Of a stretch of 64,000 nucleotides of DNA, positions 43,913 through 57,630 are shown in pieces (position 1 is the first letter of the stretch; each line of letters starts with the position of its first letter). This DNA is from Eledone cirrhosa (lineage: Eukaryota), in NCBI GenBank assembly GCA_964016885.1, contig OZ024743.1, forward strand, positions 358,360,001 through 358,424,000, given 5' to 3'. Below the pieces are notes generated by a model, which was given only the letters and a program-made list of their open reading frames with translations, was not told where the DNA came from and made no database searches. The translations under genes and the position numbers were made by a program.

Positions 43913-44947
43913 GCAATTATAATTCATTTTATTTTACAGTGTGTGTTGTTAAGCGTTGTTTAGAGGAAGGGTGTTTGACCGCTCATTATCTCCATGTCTA
44001 CTTGTTCCTGGTTATAAAGTTGATTGATGGTGTAACTGACAAGCACTTCCCTTGTCATAACCCTTTGTTCTTTATCAGTACCCTAGGCCTGAGATTTCCG
44101 CTTTAATGTGGCGGTGACAGCCAACAAAGCTGCGTCCATCCACATTTTTTTATCTTTTGAGGGACACCTGCTAGACTGCTGTGTGTGTTTGAGTTTTCTG
44201 GCATCGGGCATCCAAGCATAACTTTGCTCAAGTTCATTAGCAGCAAGTGTCTATCCATTTGATAATTTGGATTATAAAATATGGAGATGGAATTTGAGAG
44301 TGCTTGGGATACCCTGAATTGCTTAAAACACGCCTATCAACACACACTGTAAAATTAGAGTGAATTATAAACTTATATGAAGACAGACCTTTGGAATAAC
44401 ATCAAACGCAGATCTGTCTCTATATAAATACTCCCGGGTTAGAAATAGTAGGGGAGGTTGGAATAATTGGGGACGGTGGGCATTTGCTTAAATTGTTATA
44501 AGCAGGGGTTGGAATAGAAGGGGGGGAGGTCGGTAATTGTATGGTGTACGTTCGTAAATATGGGATTTTTTGTAATGTTCTTTTTTTTTGTCATATATTA
44601 TGTGGTGTTATTTTAATGTAAAATAAAATTATTATTAGATTCTCTAGCTGCTGTATCAAGATGAATCACTTACAATAAAATTTCGCCGGAGATAGATTAA
44701 CAAAATTTAATTAGCGGTGGATTGAAATAAAAGCGGGGTGACAATTATTCAAGACCTGAGAATACATTACAGTGCATTACAAGTGGATTACTTGACTACT
44801 AGGCTAACTGAAGACATCGTGTCATAGATTGCGTGGTCCTATCAGAACGTAAGCGTTGCACTGCAGAAATATGTATTGAGGCTAATTAGGTAATAAAAAA
44901 GTGATGAAAATCTGGCCTTCGTATTTTATTATTAATGTGCATACATG

Positions 44948-45172
44948 AAGGCGGTGGATTGGCAGTATAGGTAGAGGGTCGGACACCATGCTTCACAGCA
45001 TAGAGTTACGGCCCTTTATGATCTGAGTTCAAATCCCGCCGAGGTTAACTTTGCTTTTCATCCTTACGGAATCGATAAAATAAAGCACCAGTAACGTACT
45101 GGGGATCGATTTAATCGACTTGCCCCTCCCCAAAAATTACTGGCCTGGTGCCTATACTAGAAATCCTTATTA
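44948..45172 (+). mobile_element. SINE, full length
   Basis: A/B boxes, core, tail. Confidence 0.9.
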
Positions 45173-45266
45173 ATATGTATATATATAGTGGGGGGGGGGT
45201 GATTCAGTGAAATACTGCTGGTGCTACTAAAATAAGCACTCTATGCGCAGGCTGAGTGTATATATA

Positions 45267-45556
45267 TTAGAAAAAACGAGGAAGTTTCGTTTACATGTAT
45301 AAAATTTTGTATATCGACCTGTTAAACGCGTTTCGCAGATGATTGGCTCAAGATCACCCGCATGAGTTATTGACCCGACTCCATTAGCGATCTGCTCTTC
45401 AGTCATATCGCCAGTCTGAAGAATATATCGATAATGGAGTCTTCGGGTCAATAACTTATATGGGTGACCTTCAGCAAATCCTCTGCGAAACGCGCGTAAC
45501 AGGTCGATACACAATAAAACATCTTGTACATGTAAACGAAGCTTCCTCGTCTTTTC

Positions 45557-45559
<3 letters not shown>
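45267..45559. mobile_element. Head-to-head pair of hammerheads with long helix II
   Basis: Minus: CTGAAGA(45402)-gcaga..~50 nt..tctgc-GAAA-cgcg-TT. Plus: CTGAAGA(45416)...tctgc-GAAA-cgcgc-GTA-acagg. Arms visibly diverged. Confidence 0.75.
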
Positions 45560-45607
<48 letters not shown>

Positions 45608-47704
45608 CATATATATATATATATATATACACGTGTGTTGTTGACGGACGTAAGGAAAGGTGCGCGTGCGAATGCAAGTGCAGTGCGTAGGTGACACTCT
45701 AAAGCAACAAGGCTCACCATATAACCATAATAAATGCAAAAATCCTGCCACGCATCTACTGTTTACAGTATATAATCCCAACAGATTTTATCACATGACG
45801 ACCAGGAGCAGTCATTTAACTACTAATGAACGAATGAACCCCATTGCTGTCAGTGTTGTCCAGTCTCACACCGGTGCTTCTATTATATAACATCAAAATA
45901 GTGCCTCACAATTTTTCAATGTAGCAAACTCGGCCACCTGAAAAAACATTACGAACCAATGAGATTTTACACTGTTGCTCGACCTATAAGGTGTTTTTAT
46001 TTTCTATTTTATTTATTTACTATTAGGAGAGTAATTAAAGGATGAGCATATAGAAAACCTTTTATGTGTAAGATATTCTCAGCAAGTGTAATACAAAAGA
46101 CCTTTAACACAAAATCTTCCGCAAAATATTATCCACATCACTTATACATCTGTTAACACAGTATCTCTTCTACAACATCAGTAACATATCATTTTCCTTC
46201 TTTGTTTTTCGTTGTTGTTTTTTTTGTTGTTGTTTTTTTTCTTTTTTGTTGTTGTTATTTTTTTTTTTTTGGGGGGGGGGGGGGTTTACTTAAATAAGAG
46301 GCTTTTTTTCGGGAAGAGAGTTTTTGCCTCTATCCCAATTTCGGCAAATATAAACTCATCTGCTGTTCAATGTTATACTAATATTTTTATTTTCTCACTC
46401 ATTCTGTATGTTCTTAATTCTCTATTGTTTTTGTGCTTCCTTGTCCTTTGTATATCTCTGTTTCTTTTAGATATTTTTGTCTATTTGTAGATAGATAATA
46501 GTATATTTTTCATAATCTAATACTATTTACTCTAAAATGTTTTTTGAGTGAGCAGAGGTGTAAATGTGCAGTAGAATGTCTTCAATATCTCTCATTTTTC
46601 TGCATTTTCAATTTGGTAATGTGCTGTCTTGCTTTTATGTTCATTTTGCATCTTTTGCAACCTCCAATTTATTACTCAAACCCGTTCTCTCCTACATACC
46701 CTACACACTAACACCCAGTACCTTTTCGCTGTCAGCTACTGATGCATGGTAGTATCAAGTCAAAGGTCATAAATACTATCTCCCACTCTTACATCTACAT
46801 TTTAACTAAGATGTCGTTAGTAAAAAGACAACTAAAAAACAGCTTGGAGAAAGCAGACATCTTCATAAAACAAACAAACAAAAAAGAAACCATGCTGCCA
46901 AAATGTCGGAATATAAGATTTATTATTTAAGATGTAAAGTAAAAGCAGACGATATTTCTCAAGTGTCTTTAAGATTGAGTGGTGTCTTTCGTTTTATGAC
47001 GACGGGTGGCGTTAGAAGTGAGAGCATAGATCATCCGGGTGTTTTTCAGCTTCACATCATTTCAATGAATTCATGATACAGTCAAAAATAAAACTGAAAC
47101 ATTTAACGGTGAGATAGAGGAAACTAGTGCTAGCGTACCAGTCTGCTGATTCATAGATTGTAGGTGCGTGTCTTTCTGCTGGTGGAATAGATTGTGAATT
47201 TACGTTATGTTTTTCAACTAAATTTACATGGCTGTTAAGCTACTGTCAACGTATTGCTAATTTTACCTGATTTTATCTGATGAACAATTCCTACTTTTCT
47301 TCATAAATGTCTGTGTACTTCGTCCCAGCATTGACCTTAATCATCACTTCCTACTCATATACCAACCACAAATGTCATTCCTCTCTGAACACAAAGTTTT
47401 AACTCCTTAACTCATAGTCATCCTTGTTGTACAGACTCTATATTCCAACTTCTTTCTGAAAAATAATATCCACTCTCCCTACATAACTGTTTCACCTGAA
47501 TATCAGCAACAAAATCTTCAAGTTACTCTGATTCAATGGCTACACCAACCCTTTACTTTCATCCTCTGTCTCTACTGCTCTCCAAACTCCTTTAACTAAT
47601 ATTTACTAGACTATTTCTCGTCCTGCATTGAGAACACATATCTCACCTCATTTGTATGGCCGAAGTCTTGCGTTATCGCATTTACGCATTATATAATTAT
47701 ATAA

Positions 47705-47990
47705 TCTCCTTATAATATATAACCAGCAATTTCTCTGTCTGTCTGTCCGACAGTGGAAACACGTGCGCGCGTGGTTGCTATCTCTCTCCAGCTATCCCTC
47801 TCTTTTAGTCTGTCTGTTTCTCTCACTCTCACTCTTTCTCTTTGTAACACACTAACATTCCTCCCCTCTATCGCTGTGACGAATGAGGAGATGAAGGAGG
47901 ACGAGGAGGAGGAGGAGGAGGAGAGAGTCACTTCGTCACTTCACCTCTGCCTTTCTTTCTCTCCCCTCTCACTCCCTCATTACGTACAGG
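47705..47990 (+). mobile_element. Probable Helitron 5' end
   Basis: A|TCTCCTTATAATATATAA...CTGTCTGTCTGTCC, typical of non-autonomous Helitron starts. Confidence 0.45.
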
Positions 47991-47995
47991 CATTA

Positions 47996-48187
47996 GGGCG
48001 GTGGATTGGCAGAATCTGTAGAGAGTCGGACACCATGCTTCCTAGCATGGAGTTACGTCCCTTTACGGTCTGAGTTCAAATACCGCCGAGGTTAACTTTG
48101 CCTTTCATCCTCACGGGGTCGATAAAATAAAGTACCAGTAATGTACTGTAATTGCTGGCCTTGTGCCAAAAGTAGAAACAATTATTA
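47996..48187 (+). mobile_element. SINE, full length
   Basis: A/B boxes, core, tail. Confidence 0.9.
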
Positions 48188-48304
48188 GAAACATTGCTTC
48201 ATTTTTACATATCTAAGCATTAGTAAAATAACTAATAATTTCAAAAGTAATTTTTCAATTCCAATTGTTATGAACAGCAAAACATTAATAATAATTTTGT
48301 TCTA

Positions 48305-48545
48305 AGAAATATATATACATTTCTGTGTGTGTAATATATATATATATACACACACAGAAATATATATACATTTCTGTGTGTGTAATATATCTATATACAC
48401 ACAGAAATATATATACATTTCTGTGTGTGTAAATATATATATATATACACACACAGAAATATATATATACATATATACACACAGAAATATATATACATTT
48501 TTGTGTGTGTAATATATATATATATATACACACACAGAAATATAT
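48305..48545. repeat. Minisatellite made of palindromic units
   Basis: Repeated TTTCTGTGTGTG-TAATATATA..-CACACAGAAA. Confidence 0.85.
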
Positions 48546-49065
48546 GGGCATTTCTCTGTTTGTCTGTCTGTCTGTCCTTCCCTAAAACTCAAATGTAGGT
48601 GCTACAGAAATATTACCTTCCCCTTCCTTTCTCCACTTTGGTACTACCAAGAGAAACACTGTCGCTATAGAAACATTACCTTCCCCTCTCCACTGACTTT
48701 GGTCACTGAGGCCGAGGGAATCGCTGGTTGCTATAGAGACACCTTGCACAAGCCAGAAGTAACCAGTTCGAGGCGGTTCTGACTTGACACCATGCCAAGG
48801 ACCATTTGAAGATATATTTCCATCGTTATATCATAATGTTTATATTTCCGTCACTAATCTCTTTTTCTCCTTTTTCGTTTTAACATATATTTATTTCAAA
48901 GATTTCACCGTATAGATAACATATATATTTATACATGCATAAAAGACACACCGAGAGACGGTGAACATGTGGTGCCGAAAACATTTCTCATCCAAATCTC
49001 AACAATATCAGTATATACACTAGATTTGCTAGCAGAAAACCGCCCACAGGGTGGTTTTCTGCTAG
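48540..49065 (+). mobile_element. Non-autonomous Helitron ending in a CTAG-bounded hairpin
   Basis: (CTGT)n-CCCTAAAACTC 5' region; 3' CTAGCAGAAAACC...GGTTTTCTGCTAG|T. Confidence 0.6.
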
Positions 49066-49378
49066 TCTATATATCTAAAACAGAGAGTGTCTGTCTGTCT
49101 GACTGACTCCCTAAAACTCGAGAACCACCCAAACGATTTTTTTCAAACTTTACACATGTAATACTTATGGTCGTGTGAGTGTTTTGAGCAAAAAATATTT
49201 CAAATTTTCAATGCCCTAGGGACCGCATTAGGTGCCGGTTAGCGATCTCTCTCTCTCTTTCTTAGCCTGTCTTTTTAGATAGATACATAGCTATAACGTC
49301 GCGCCCTTATAATATCTGTCTGTATATCTGGCTGTCTGCATTACGACATTATGAAAACATTGATTTCGCTATCTCTCT

Positions 49379-49476
<98 letters not shown>

Positions 49477-49877
49477 TATGTAACGTGTTTCGAAATGTTT
49501 ACTTCTGCGTTCACAGATTGATTTTTTTAGTTTCAGAAGATCCCGTTAATGGTGAAAGCAGCGATTCTTTGCTTAAACTTTAATCTGTTATTTCAATATA
49601 TTTATATATATATATAATTATATATTCGTGTACAGATATTTTTGCATGCACAATAATAAAATATAAACAAACGTATTTATTTCGCGATAAAGTATTGATT
49701 TTCTTCGCACGGAAAAAACCCCTGGTAATCTACGACGAATTTTTTTTATAAGCACAAAATATAGACATCATCCTGAGGCCGAGGTATTCCGTACTTCTCT
49801 GTACTGTTTCAGAAAGGAGGGATAAACATGCCAATCTATGTTTAGAATCCCGAGCAACGCCGGGCCATTCTTTTAGT
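49066..49877 (+). mobile_element. Non-autonomous Helitron
   Basis: 5' TCTATATATC..(CTGT)n; 3' CCCGAGCAACGCCGGG hairpin + TTAG|T; 49480-49686 homologous to 1320-1525. Confidence 0.75.
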
Positions 49878-50753
49878 TATGTCTAAGTGACATGTTTTGG
49901 TTTAAAGACGTATGCAGTTTTGTCTGTAAACATGTTTCCTTCTTTAAAAAGATCTCCCTCACTTTTTTGGACCCAATAGAGTTGTTTTGACTACAAACAA
50001 GCGATGGAAATTATAGAAAGCACCGTCCAATTATTCATTCTGTAACTACATGTATTGTCCTGTTAAGATTTAAGTGACTTAATTATAGATATAGCAGCAC
50101 GGTTTCGGTAACAAGATAGGAGCCATCTACCTATCGGTTGATCTTCTGATAGCCTATAAACTCAGCCATATTTGGCTCTCATAGATATTGAACTCAAAAT
50201 GTCTACATATTGGAATATATTGATATCTAACACGGGTACGGTAAAATGCTCCAAATTTAAGAGATGAGTGAAAATTGATCTGTGTATTCAATTTGGTACT
50301 TATTGAATCGACCCGGAATAACGAAATGCAACGTCGACCTCGAAGTGAATTGAAACAGAATATCAAGGTGTATAACTAAGTACCGAATGATATTTTGTCC
50401 GACACTTTACTAATTCTGCCAATCCATCGCTCTCATTTATGTGTCGTTAGGTATTTTCTGTAATTTTAGTTTAACATTCGTTATTAGATGTAGACGTAGG
50501 ATAAATTGTTAAAGCTTTTTTTTTGTGTGTTGTTGTTGCTTTCAATGAAGGCAACTAAAATACTAGATGTGTGTATATAGTGACCAGTTGACAAAACGTT
50601 ATCACCATCACCCGAACCCGTTCTTCCGCTCTGTTTCGCGCATGGCGCCTCATGGTCCCAGCGGATCGAGAAGTTACACTGGAATTAATCGTTATGTTAT
50701 AGTCTTCAAGTCGATAGAAAACCAAAGAATATCTGTTATGTATTCCTGATAAC

Positions 50754-51228
50754 CTGTTTGCTATTGCCATATGCATATCCTTCTCAATAGCTTTGCACTG
50801 TTTCTGTATCCACTCCTCTTTAACTGCCCGCACTTTCTTCCGTACTTCACTGTGTTCTTCTTGATATTGGGCATGGGCTTTGGCACCTGAGTGTTTCTTT
50901 CCCTTTAGTTCTCTCCTCTTGTCACATAAATCCAAGACTTCGTTCGTGACCTACGGCTGGATTTTCCTGTCAAGAGGAGGAAACTGGCGTGGTTTGGCCA
51001 CGTCACACGACATGACAGCCTGTGCAGGACCATCATGCAAGGCACCGTTGAAGATGGACACAAGAGGGGACGCCAACGCAAAAACTGGTTGGACAATGTC
51101 AAAGAATGGACGCAAATGACGACACTAGATTTGTTGACGGCCGCCGTTGATAGAATATTTTGAGTGTGTGCTGCTTCTGCAGTAAGATACTCCCGACGAC
51201 TACAGAAGTCAAGGAACTGATGATGATG
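50754..51228. mobile_element. 5'-inverted RTE-type LINE insertion with 12-bp TSD
   Basis: Minus 50754-~50965: VTNEVLDLCDKRRELK...KEEWIQKQCKAIE. Plus ~50967-51228: RRKLAWFGHVTR...QGTVEDG..RGRQRKNWLDNVKEWT + (TGA)n. ATTCCTGATAAC at 50742-50753 and 51229-51240. Confidence 0.88.
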
Positions 51229-51459
51229 ATTCCTGATAACGAGACGAACCAAAGAACCTACACTTTAACACTCACCTCTATCAGTAGTACATACAGGTCA
51301 TGTAACAGTTCTATATTTGAATGTTATTATAGCAACGTATCGTTCCTTGAATTTCAAGCATTTTCCTTTATATTTTTGTTTTTGCTATGTTTTGTGCTAT
51401 TTTCGTTTTGATTGGATGGCCTTGCTTAGGGTGCAAGATGGCAACACGACAGCCATTAT

Positions 51460-51769
51460 ATATGTTTATATGTATATATGAATATATGTGTGTGTAGATA
51501 TATATCTGCGTGTTGAATATATGTGCTGTGTATTGTATACATGTGTGTACGTATGCATGCATGTATATACATGTGTATATGTATGTATGTATATACGTAC
51601 GTATATGTATATACGTACGTATGCATGCCTAGACGTATGTACATATGTATGTATTCCTATACATATGTACGTATGTATATATGTGTATGTATGCATGCAT
51701 GCATGTATGTATATGTATGCTTACTTTACATATATGAGTGTGTTTGTGTGTAGATAAGTATGCACGCAA

Positions 51770-51855
<86 letters not shown>

Positions 51856-52317
51856 GTACGTATGTATGTTTATGTTGTATGTATGCATATATGAATGTAT
51901 GTCGTTATTTGCATGTATATTGGAATGCATATATGTATGTATATATATATGTATGCATGTATGTACGTATGTATGCATGTATGTTTGTATGTATATATGT
52001 ATGCATGTATGTATGATGGTATGTATGTATGTATGCATATATGTATGATGGTATGTATGTATGTGTATGTATATATGCATGTATGCATGTATGTATGTAT
52101 ATGTAGGAATGTATGTATGTATGTAGGAATGTTTGTATGTAGGAATATATACCTGTATGTACGTAGGTAGGCATATGCATGTATGTATGTATGTGTGTAT
52201 GTATGTATGTATGTGTGTATGTATATATGCATGTATGTGTGTGTGTATGCTCGCAATGTATATGTATGTATGTATGTATGTAGGAATGTATGTAGGAATA
52301 TATACATGTATATATGC

Positions 52318-52375
<58 letters not shown>

Positions 52376-52813
52376 TTATTTATATATGTATATAATCTCC
52401 TATTTCACAGAAGCTGGCCACAATTTGTTGTTTGTTATTCTCTGTTGAACCATAAGTAGCAGAGTTCATAAAAGAAATAAAATAGTCTATGTGACAGCAA
52501 TGTCCGACGTAAATTTGAGGTAAAGCTATGCTGGTCCCTTTCTCAAACATTCTCTTTATTTAAACGTATTTATTTCGTAGAGAGGGTTGCCGACCCCGAT
52601 GCCGTCAGTTTTTGAGTAAGATGAGTGGCTAGCCTAGCTAACTGGTTCGTTATATTGGTCGTGGTGCTGTTTTTATCGGTGGTGGGGCAAGTTTTTCGTG
52701 AAATGATACTCTTGCGTGCGTCTGTGTGCTTTTAAGTGTGTGTGTGTGTGTGTGTGTTTGGTTGGTGTCTGTGTGTGGTTGGTGTCTGCGTTTCAGTTTG
52801 TGTTTGTCTATGA

Positions 52814-52846
<33 letters not shown>

Positions 52847-53250
52847 CATACGTATATGTGTGTATGCATGTACGTATGTGTGTATGTATGTGTGTATGTA
52901 TGTACGTATGTGTGTATGTATGTGTGTATGTATGTATGCATGCATTGTATGTATGTATTTATGTATGTATATATGTATGTATGTGAGTACGTATGCATGT
53001 ATGTACGAATGTATCTATGTATGTATGTACGTATGTGTGTATTATGTATGTATGTATACATGCATGTATATATATATGTATTTGTGTATGCATGCACGTA
53101 TGTATGTTTGTATATATGTCTGTGTGTGTGCATGTATGTATGTGTGTATGTATGTACGTATGTATGCATGTATGTATGTATGTGTGTGTGTATGTATGTG
53201 TGTATGTATGTGTATGTATGTATGTATGTATGTGTGTATGTATGAGTATG
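51460..53250. repeat. Degenerate (TATG)n/(TA)n simple-repeat tracts
   Basis: Direct inspection (two blocks, ~51460-52395 and ~52735-53250). Confidence 0.95.
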
Positions 53251-53485
53251 AGAGAAGTTCTCAGACAAAAAGAGTCAAATGTAGTGAAAAAGGAGAGAAT
53301 GAAAGCTAGAGAAAGAGTGTAAAATTAAAATAGAGAGAAATGGATTGAGTAATAAACAAATCTTTCTTTGGGTGGCACCCATGTATGTACATATGTTTAT
53401 GTAGCTGACTGTGTCTGTAAGTGTGTTCTTTATTTTTTACTGGTTTCAGTCATTAGACTGCGGCCATGCTGGGGTACTGCCTTAA

Positions 53486-53706
53486 CACTTTAGCATTTAC
53501 ATTACTCTATATTTACTACTATATTTTCACGGTAAAGGCTTTATCTCACATAATTATTTCACATAATATCGAATCCACGAGATTTTGATGTCATTTATTT
53601 TGAGAACAATACCTTAACATTAGTATGAGAGGCCAGTTACAGCTGGTTTGAACAGAAAGAGGTGAGAGAATTCTGGCCGGATATGGCCGGTTTAAATGCT
53701 AAAGGG
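53486..53706. mobile_element. TTAA-targeting MITE (piggyBac-like)
   Basis: TTAA|CACTTTAGCATTTA ... TAAATGCTAAAGGG|TTAA. Confidence 0.7.
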
Positions 53707-54462
53707 TTAATGCGATATAGTCGACCCAGTACTTACTTTTTCATATCTGATACTTACTTTATCGATCTCTTTTGGTCGAACAACAAAGAGGACAAAAATA
53801 CACATGCATATATATATATATTTATATGCGCAGGCGTGTGTTTATGTGGCAAGCTTCCTCACAGTTTCCATTTACCAAATTCACTCATAGGTAAAATTTG
53901 GTACCCATGGTACCGTGCAATGTGACTGAATCTGAAACCAAGTGGTTGCGAAGCGAACTCCTCAAACATACGGCTATGCTTATATTAATGTGTGTGGGGG
54001 TACGTGCGTATGCGTGTGTGTTTTATCGTGTGGGTGTAGGTACCAACGTCTATGTATGTATTTGTGTGTATGTGAAGCGGGGGAAAAAGTCTCTACAGAG
54101 TCGAAGAAAGAAAAATAAAAAGAATTTATCGAAAAGAAAAGGGAGGTGGTAAAAAGCAAAACAATATAAGAGAGAGAGTGTGTGTATGAGGAGGAGAGAG
54201 AGCGAGATGGAAGGAAAGGTGGGGAGGGGGAGACAAACAGGCAAATATACAGACAGTGAGAGTGAGGGGTGGTGAAAGAGAAAGAGTAGTTATTATAAGG
54301 AGGATGGATGTCTGAGAAAAAAGAATATAAGAATATAAGGGATATATATATATATTTGGTAATGGAGTAGTTATATTTTGTGTTGTTCACTTTCTAATTA
54401 AATACCTCTGTTCTATACATAGAGCACTCGTTTTTCCTTTGCTTTCTCTTCGGAATTACCTA

Positions 54463-54568
<106 letters not shown>

Positions 54569-54599
54569 AGAGAGAGACAGATATATATATATATATATA

Positions 54600-54723
54600 G
54601 GAAACGGCTTGAGCTCTGCCGTCGAGGCCTTGAACTTTTTCCTATTACCCACTCTACTACCCTAAGTATTGAGTACTCTGGTGCGTTATGGCCCATCTGG
54701 TTCCTTACCACACTTCCTCCGTT
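54600..54723 (+). mobile_element. Solo 3' end of the 3874-4071 family
   Basis: GAAACGGCTTGAGCTCTGCCGTC...CTTCCTCCGTT between TA runs. Confidence 0.8.
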
Positions 54724-54880
54724 ATATATATAAGGGCAGTGCCCCAGCATGGCCTCAGCCGGATGGCTAGAACAGGTAAAAGAGTAAAAGAGTAATATAT
54801 ATATATATATAATATATATAGTGAAAAATGGAACGGGAACAAAACAGAGAGGCAGTACGAACAAAGGTTTATTAGTTCAC

Positions 54881-54962
<82 letters not shown>

Positions 54963-55230
54963 GAGAAGGGGGAAGAGTCAGAAAAAAGAGAGGATGGGGA
55001 GAAAGGGAGAGGAGAAAGACCGAGGGAGAAAAGGGTACGTAAAAGGCGAGTGAGATTAGAAAGATGTAGAAAATGAAGATGTGAAAAGTTAAATACGGTA
55101 GACGTGGTTGTGGGACGGAGTAGTGGTGTGAATGGTGTTGGTAAAGGAGGTGGTGGAGGAAAGGGATGCAATTTTACACATTTTAAAAGATACGAGGAGA
55201 GGGTGCAATGTTGAGACAAAGAAGTGTAGT

Positions 55231-55261
<31 letters not shown>

Positions 55262-55474
55262 TTGTAGGAGAAAGCTGTCACAATCGAAGGAATTACGATC
55301 GTTATCTACGAATGACGAGAAGCAAAGCCAATTTAGACGGCTAACATGTTGGGCGTGCCAGCGGTCAAGATTATTATTTGAGTGGGGTGTAAGATTATAA
55401 CAGAGTTGAAAATGAGATTTCTTCTGGTATTATTTATTCTCTACAAGTATAGAAAATAAAAGAGAATTTCTTCT

Positions 55475-55900
55475 TTTACTTCTTTTTCTTTTTTCTTCTT
55501 CTTTTTCTTCTTTTTCTTCTTTTTCTTCTTTTTCTTCTTTTTCTTCTTTTTCTTCTTCTCCTCCTTTTTTCTCTTTTCTTTCCTTCTTCCTCTTCTTTTC
55601 CTCTTTCTTCTTCTTCTTCTTCTTTACCTCCTCTTTTTTCTTCTTTTACTTCTCTTTCTTTTGCTTCTCCTCCTTTCCGTCCTTCTCCTTCTTCTTCTCT
55701 TCCTCTTCTTCTTCTCCCCCTCCTCTTTCTTCTTCCTCTCTTTTCCTTCTTCTTCTTCTTCTTCTCTTCCTCCTCCTTCTTCACCTTCTCCTCCTTCTTT
55801 TTCTTCTCCTCCTTCTTTTTCTTCTTTTTCTTCTCTCCTCCTTTTTCTTCTCTTTCTTTTCTTCCTCCTCCTCCCCCTCTTCCTCCTTCTTCTTCTTCAC
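55475..55900. repeat. (CTT/CCT)n polypyrimidine tract
   Basis: ~420 bp almost purine-free. Confidence 0.95.
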
Positions 55901-56034
55901 CTATCTAATTCTCAGAGCCAAACCAAACCTGAAACTAGGTGAACCCACTGAACTGACGGAATCAACTTAAAATGGGAGCTCTTTCCTTTTTCATTTCTTT
56001 CTTCTTTGACACTCTAGTCACGCTAGTGGTGGGA

Positions 56035-56225
56035 TGGGATGTATGTGTGTGTATGTGTATGTGTGTGGATATAAATACATGCGTGTGTCTGTGTGTGTGT
56101 ATGTGTACGTGTGTGTGTGTGTGTGTATGGATATAAATACATGCGTGTGTGTATGTATATATGTCAGTGTATGTGTGTGTGTGTGTCTGTATGTGTGTGG
56201 GTGTGTGTGTATGTAATATATGTCA

Positions 56226-56268
<43 letters not shown>

Positions 56269-56520
56269 CGTGTGTATGTGTGTGTGTGTGTGTTTATGTG
56301 TATATGTATGTGTGGATATAAATACATGCATGTATGTGTGTGTGTGTCTGTATGTGTGTGTATGTAATATATGTCAGTGTATATATGTGTGTGTGTGTGT
56401 GTATATGTGTGTGTGTATGTAATATATGTCAGTGTATATATGTGTGTGTATGTGTGTGTGTTTATGTGTATATGTATGTGTGGGTATAAATACATGTGTG
56501 TATGTGTGTGGGTGGGTGTG
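56035..56520. repeat. TG-rich minisatellite
   Basis: Repeated GGATATAAATACATG / ATATATGTCAGTG units among (TG)n. Confidence 0.9.
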
Positions 56521-56640
56521 CATTTGAGTTAAGAAATAAGAGAATTAGAAACTGGTGTTTACTTTAGCTTTGTGAACCTTCATCTCATGTATTTTACCGA
56601 ATTTGACTTTATTGATACAGAAATGGAGTGTCGTTATTTT

Positions 56641-56820
56641 TGGCAGTATCGGTAGAGGGTCGGACGCCATGCTTTCCAGCATAGTTGCGTCCCTTTACGA
56701 TCTGAGTTCAAATCCCGCCGAGGTTAACTTTGCCTTTCATCCTTACGGGGTCGATAAAATAAAGTACCAGTAATGCACTGGGTATTTTGCTGGCCTTGTG
56801 CCTAAAGTAGAGATAATTAT
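56641..56820 (+). mobile_element. SINE
   Basis: A/B boxes, core, tail. Confidence 0.9.
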
Positions 56821-57269
56821 TTATCATAATTGCTGAGACTATTCTCTGTTACTACTCAGAGTTTCACGATTATCTATCACTCCTATACGATGGTGAGTCA
56901 AAATATTTTTGCATACAGGAAGACAGAAAAAAAATAATAATGAAAGAAAAAGCATAAGTGGTGGGCAGACTTCACCACTGTCTAGACCAGAGGTTCTCAA
57001 ACTTTTTGGACCACCGCCCCACTCACGGCTCAACTAATACCCTCAGCGTCCCCATCCTTATTTCCAGAAAGACTTGCCTAAATTCAAATTGTAAATATAT
57101 AATAAATAAACTCGTTAATTTATATATAATAAAAAATATAATATATACTATGTATAAATAAATATATATTTTTTATTTTACTATATTTATATATGATATG
57201 TATCATTTGATATTTAATATGCTATTATCTCATATGTATACAAAACTATAATAATATTCACTTGCATGG

Positions 57270-57592
57270 GCGTTCACTTGTATGGGCAGAAGGACACAGC
57301 CTCTCCGTTCCTCCAGCCACCGCTCCCCTGGACCTTCTCAACGCTCCTCGGGGGACGGTAGCGCCCACTCTGAGAACCTCTTGTCAAGACAGTATATCTC
57401 AGTTGCGCCTCGCGGACAAGATGGCAAAAGCATGACCGCGGAAAACAACCACCAACACCCGCTGCATCAGCCACTCCACTTCACTGGATGCTTTTCTCAA
57501 GAGGGATGGATGTATTCCTCCCAATTTTGTGACGGAAAACGGCAGTCCAGAGACCAAAGACGCCGGACGTCTTGATGGTGTCCAACACGGAA
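57270..57592 (-). mobile_element. Third CRE-clade fragment (C-terminus and 3' UTR, different family)
   Basis: SGVFG...IG and VEWLMQRVLVVVFRGHAFAILS, matching the CRE C-terminal W..QR.S.AV.RGN motif. Confidence 0.65.
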
Positions 57593-57630
57593 AAGTATTG
57601 CTAATTTTTTCTAACCATTATTATTATCTG

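Noticed and set aside
43915-44372. MITE bounded by ~55-bp inverted repeats
   Set aside because: Repeats are degenerate, no TSD, polarity ambiguous.
55476-55942. K/R/E-rich and L/S/F-rich ORFs
   Set aside because: Translations of a (CTT)n tract.
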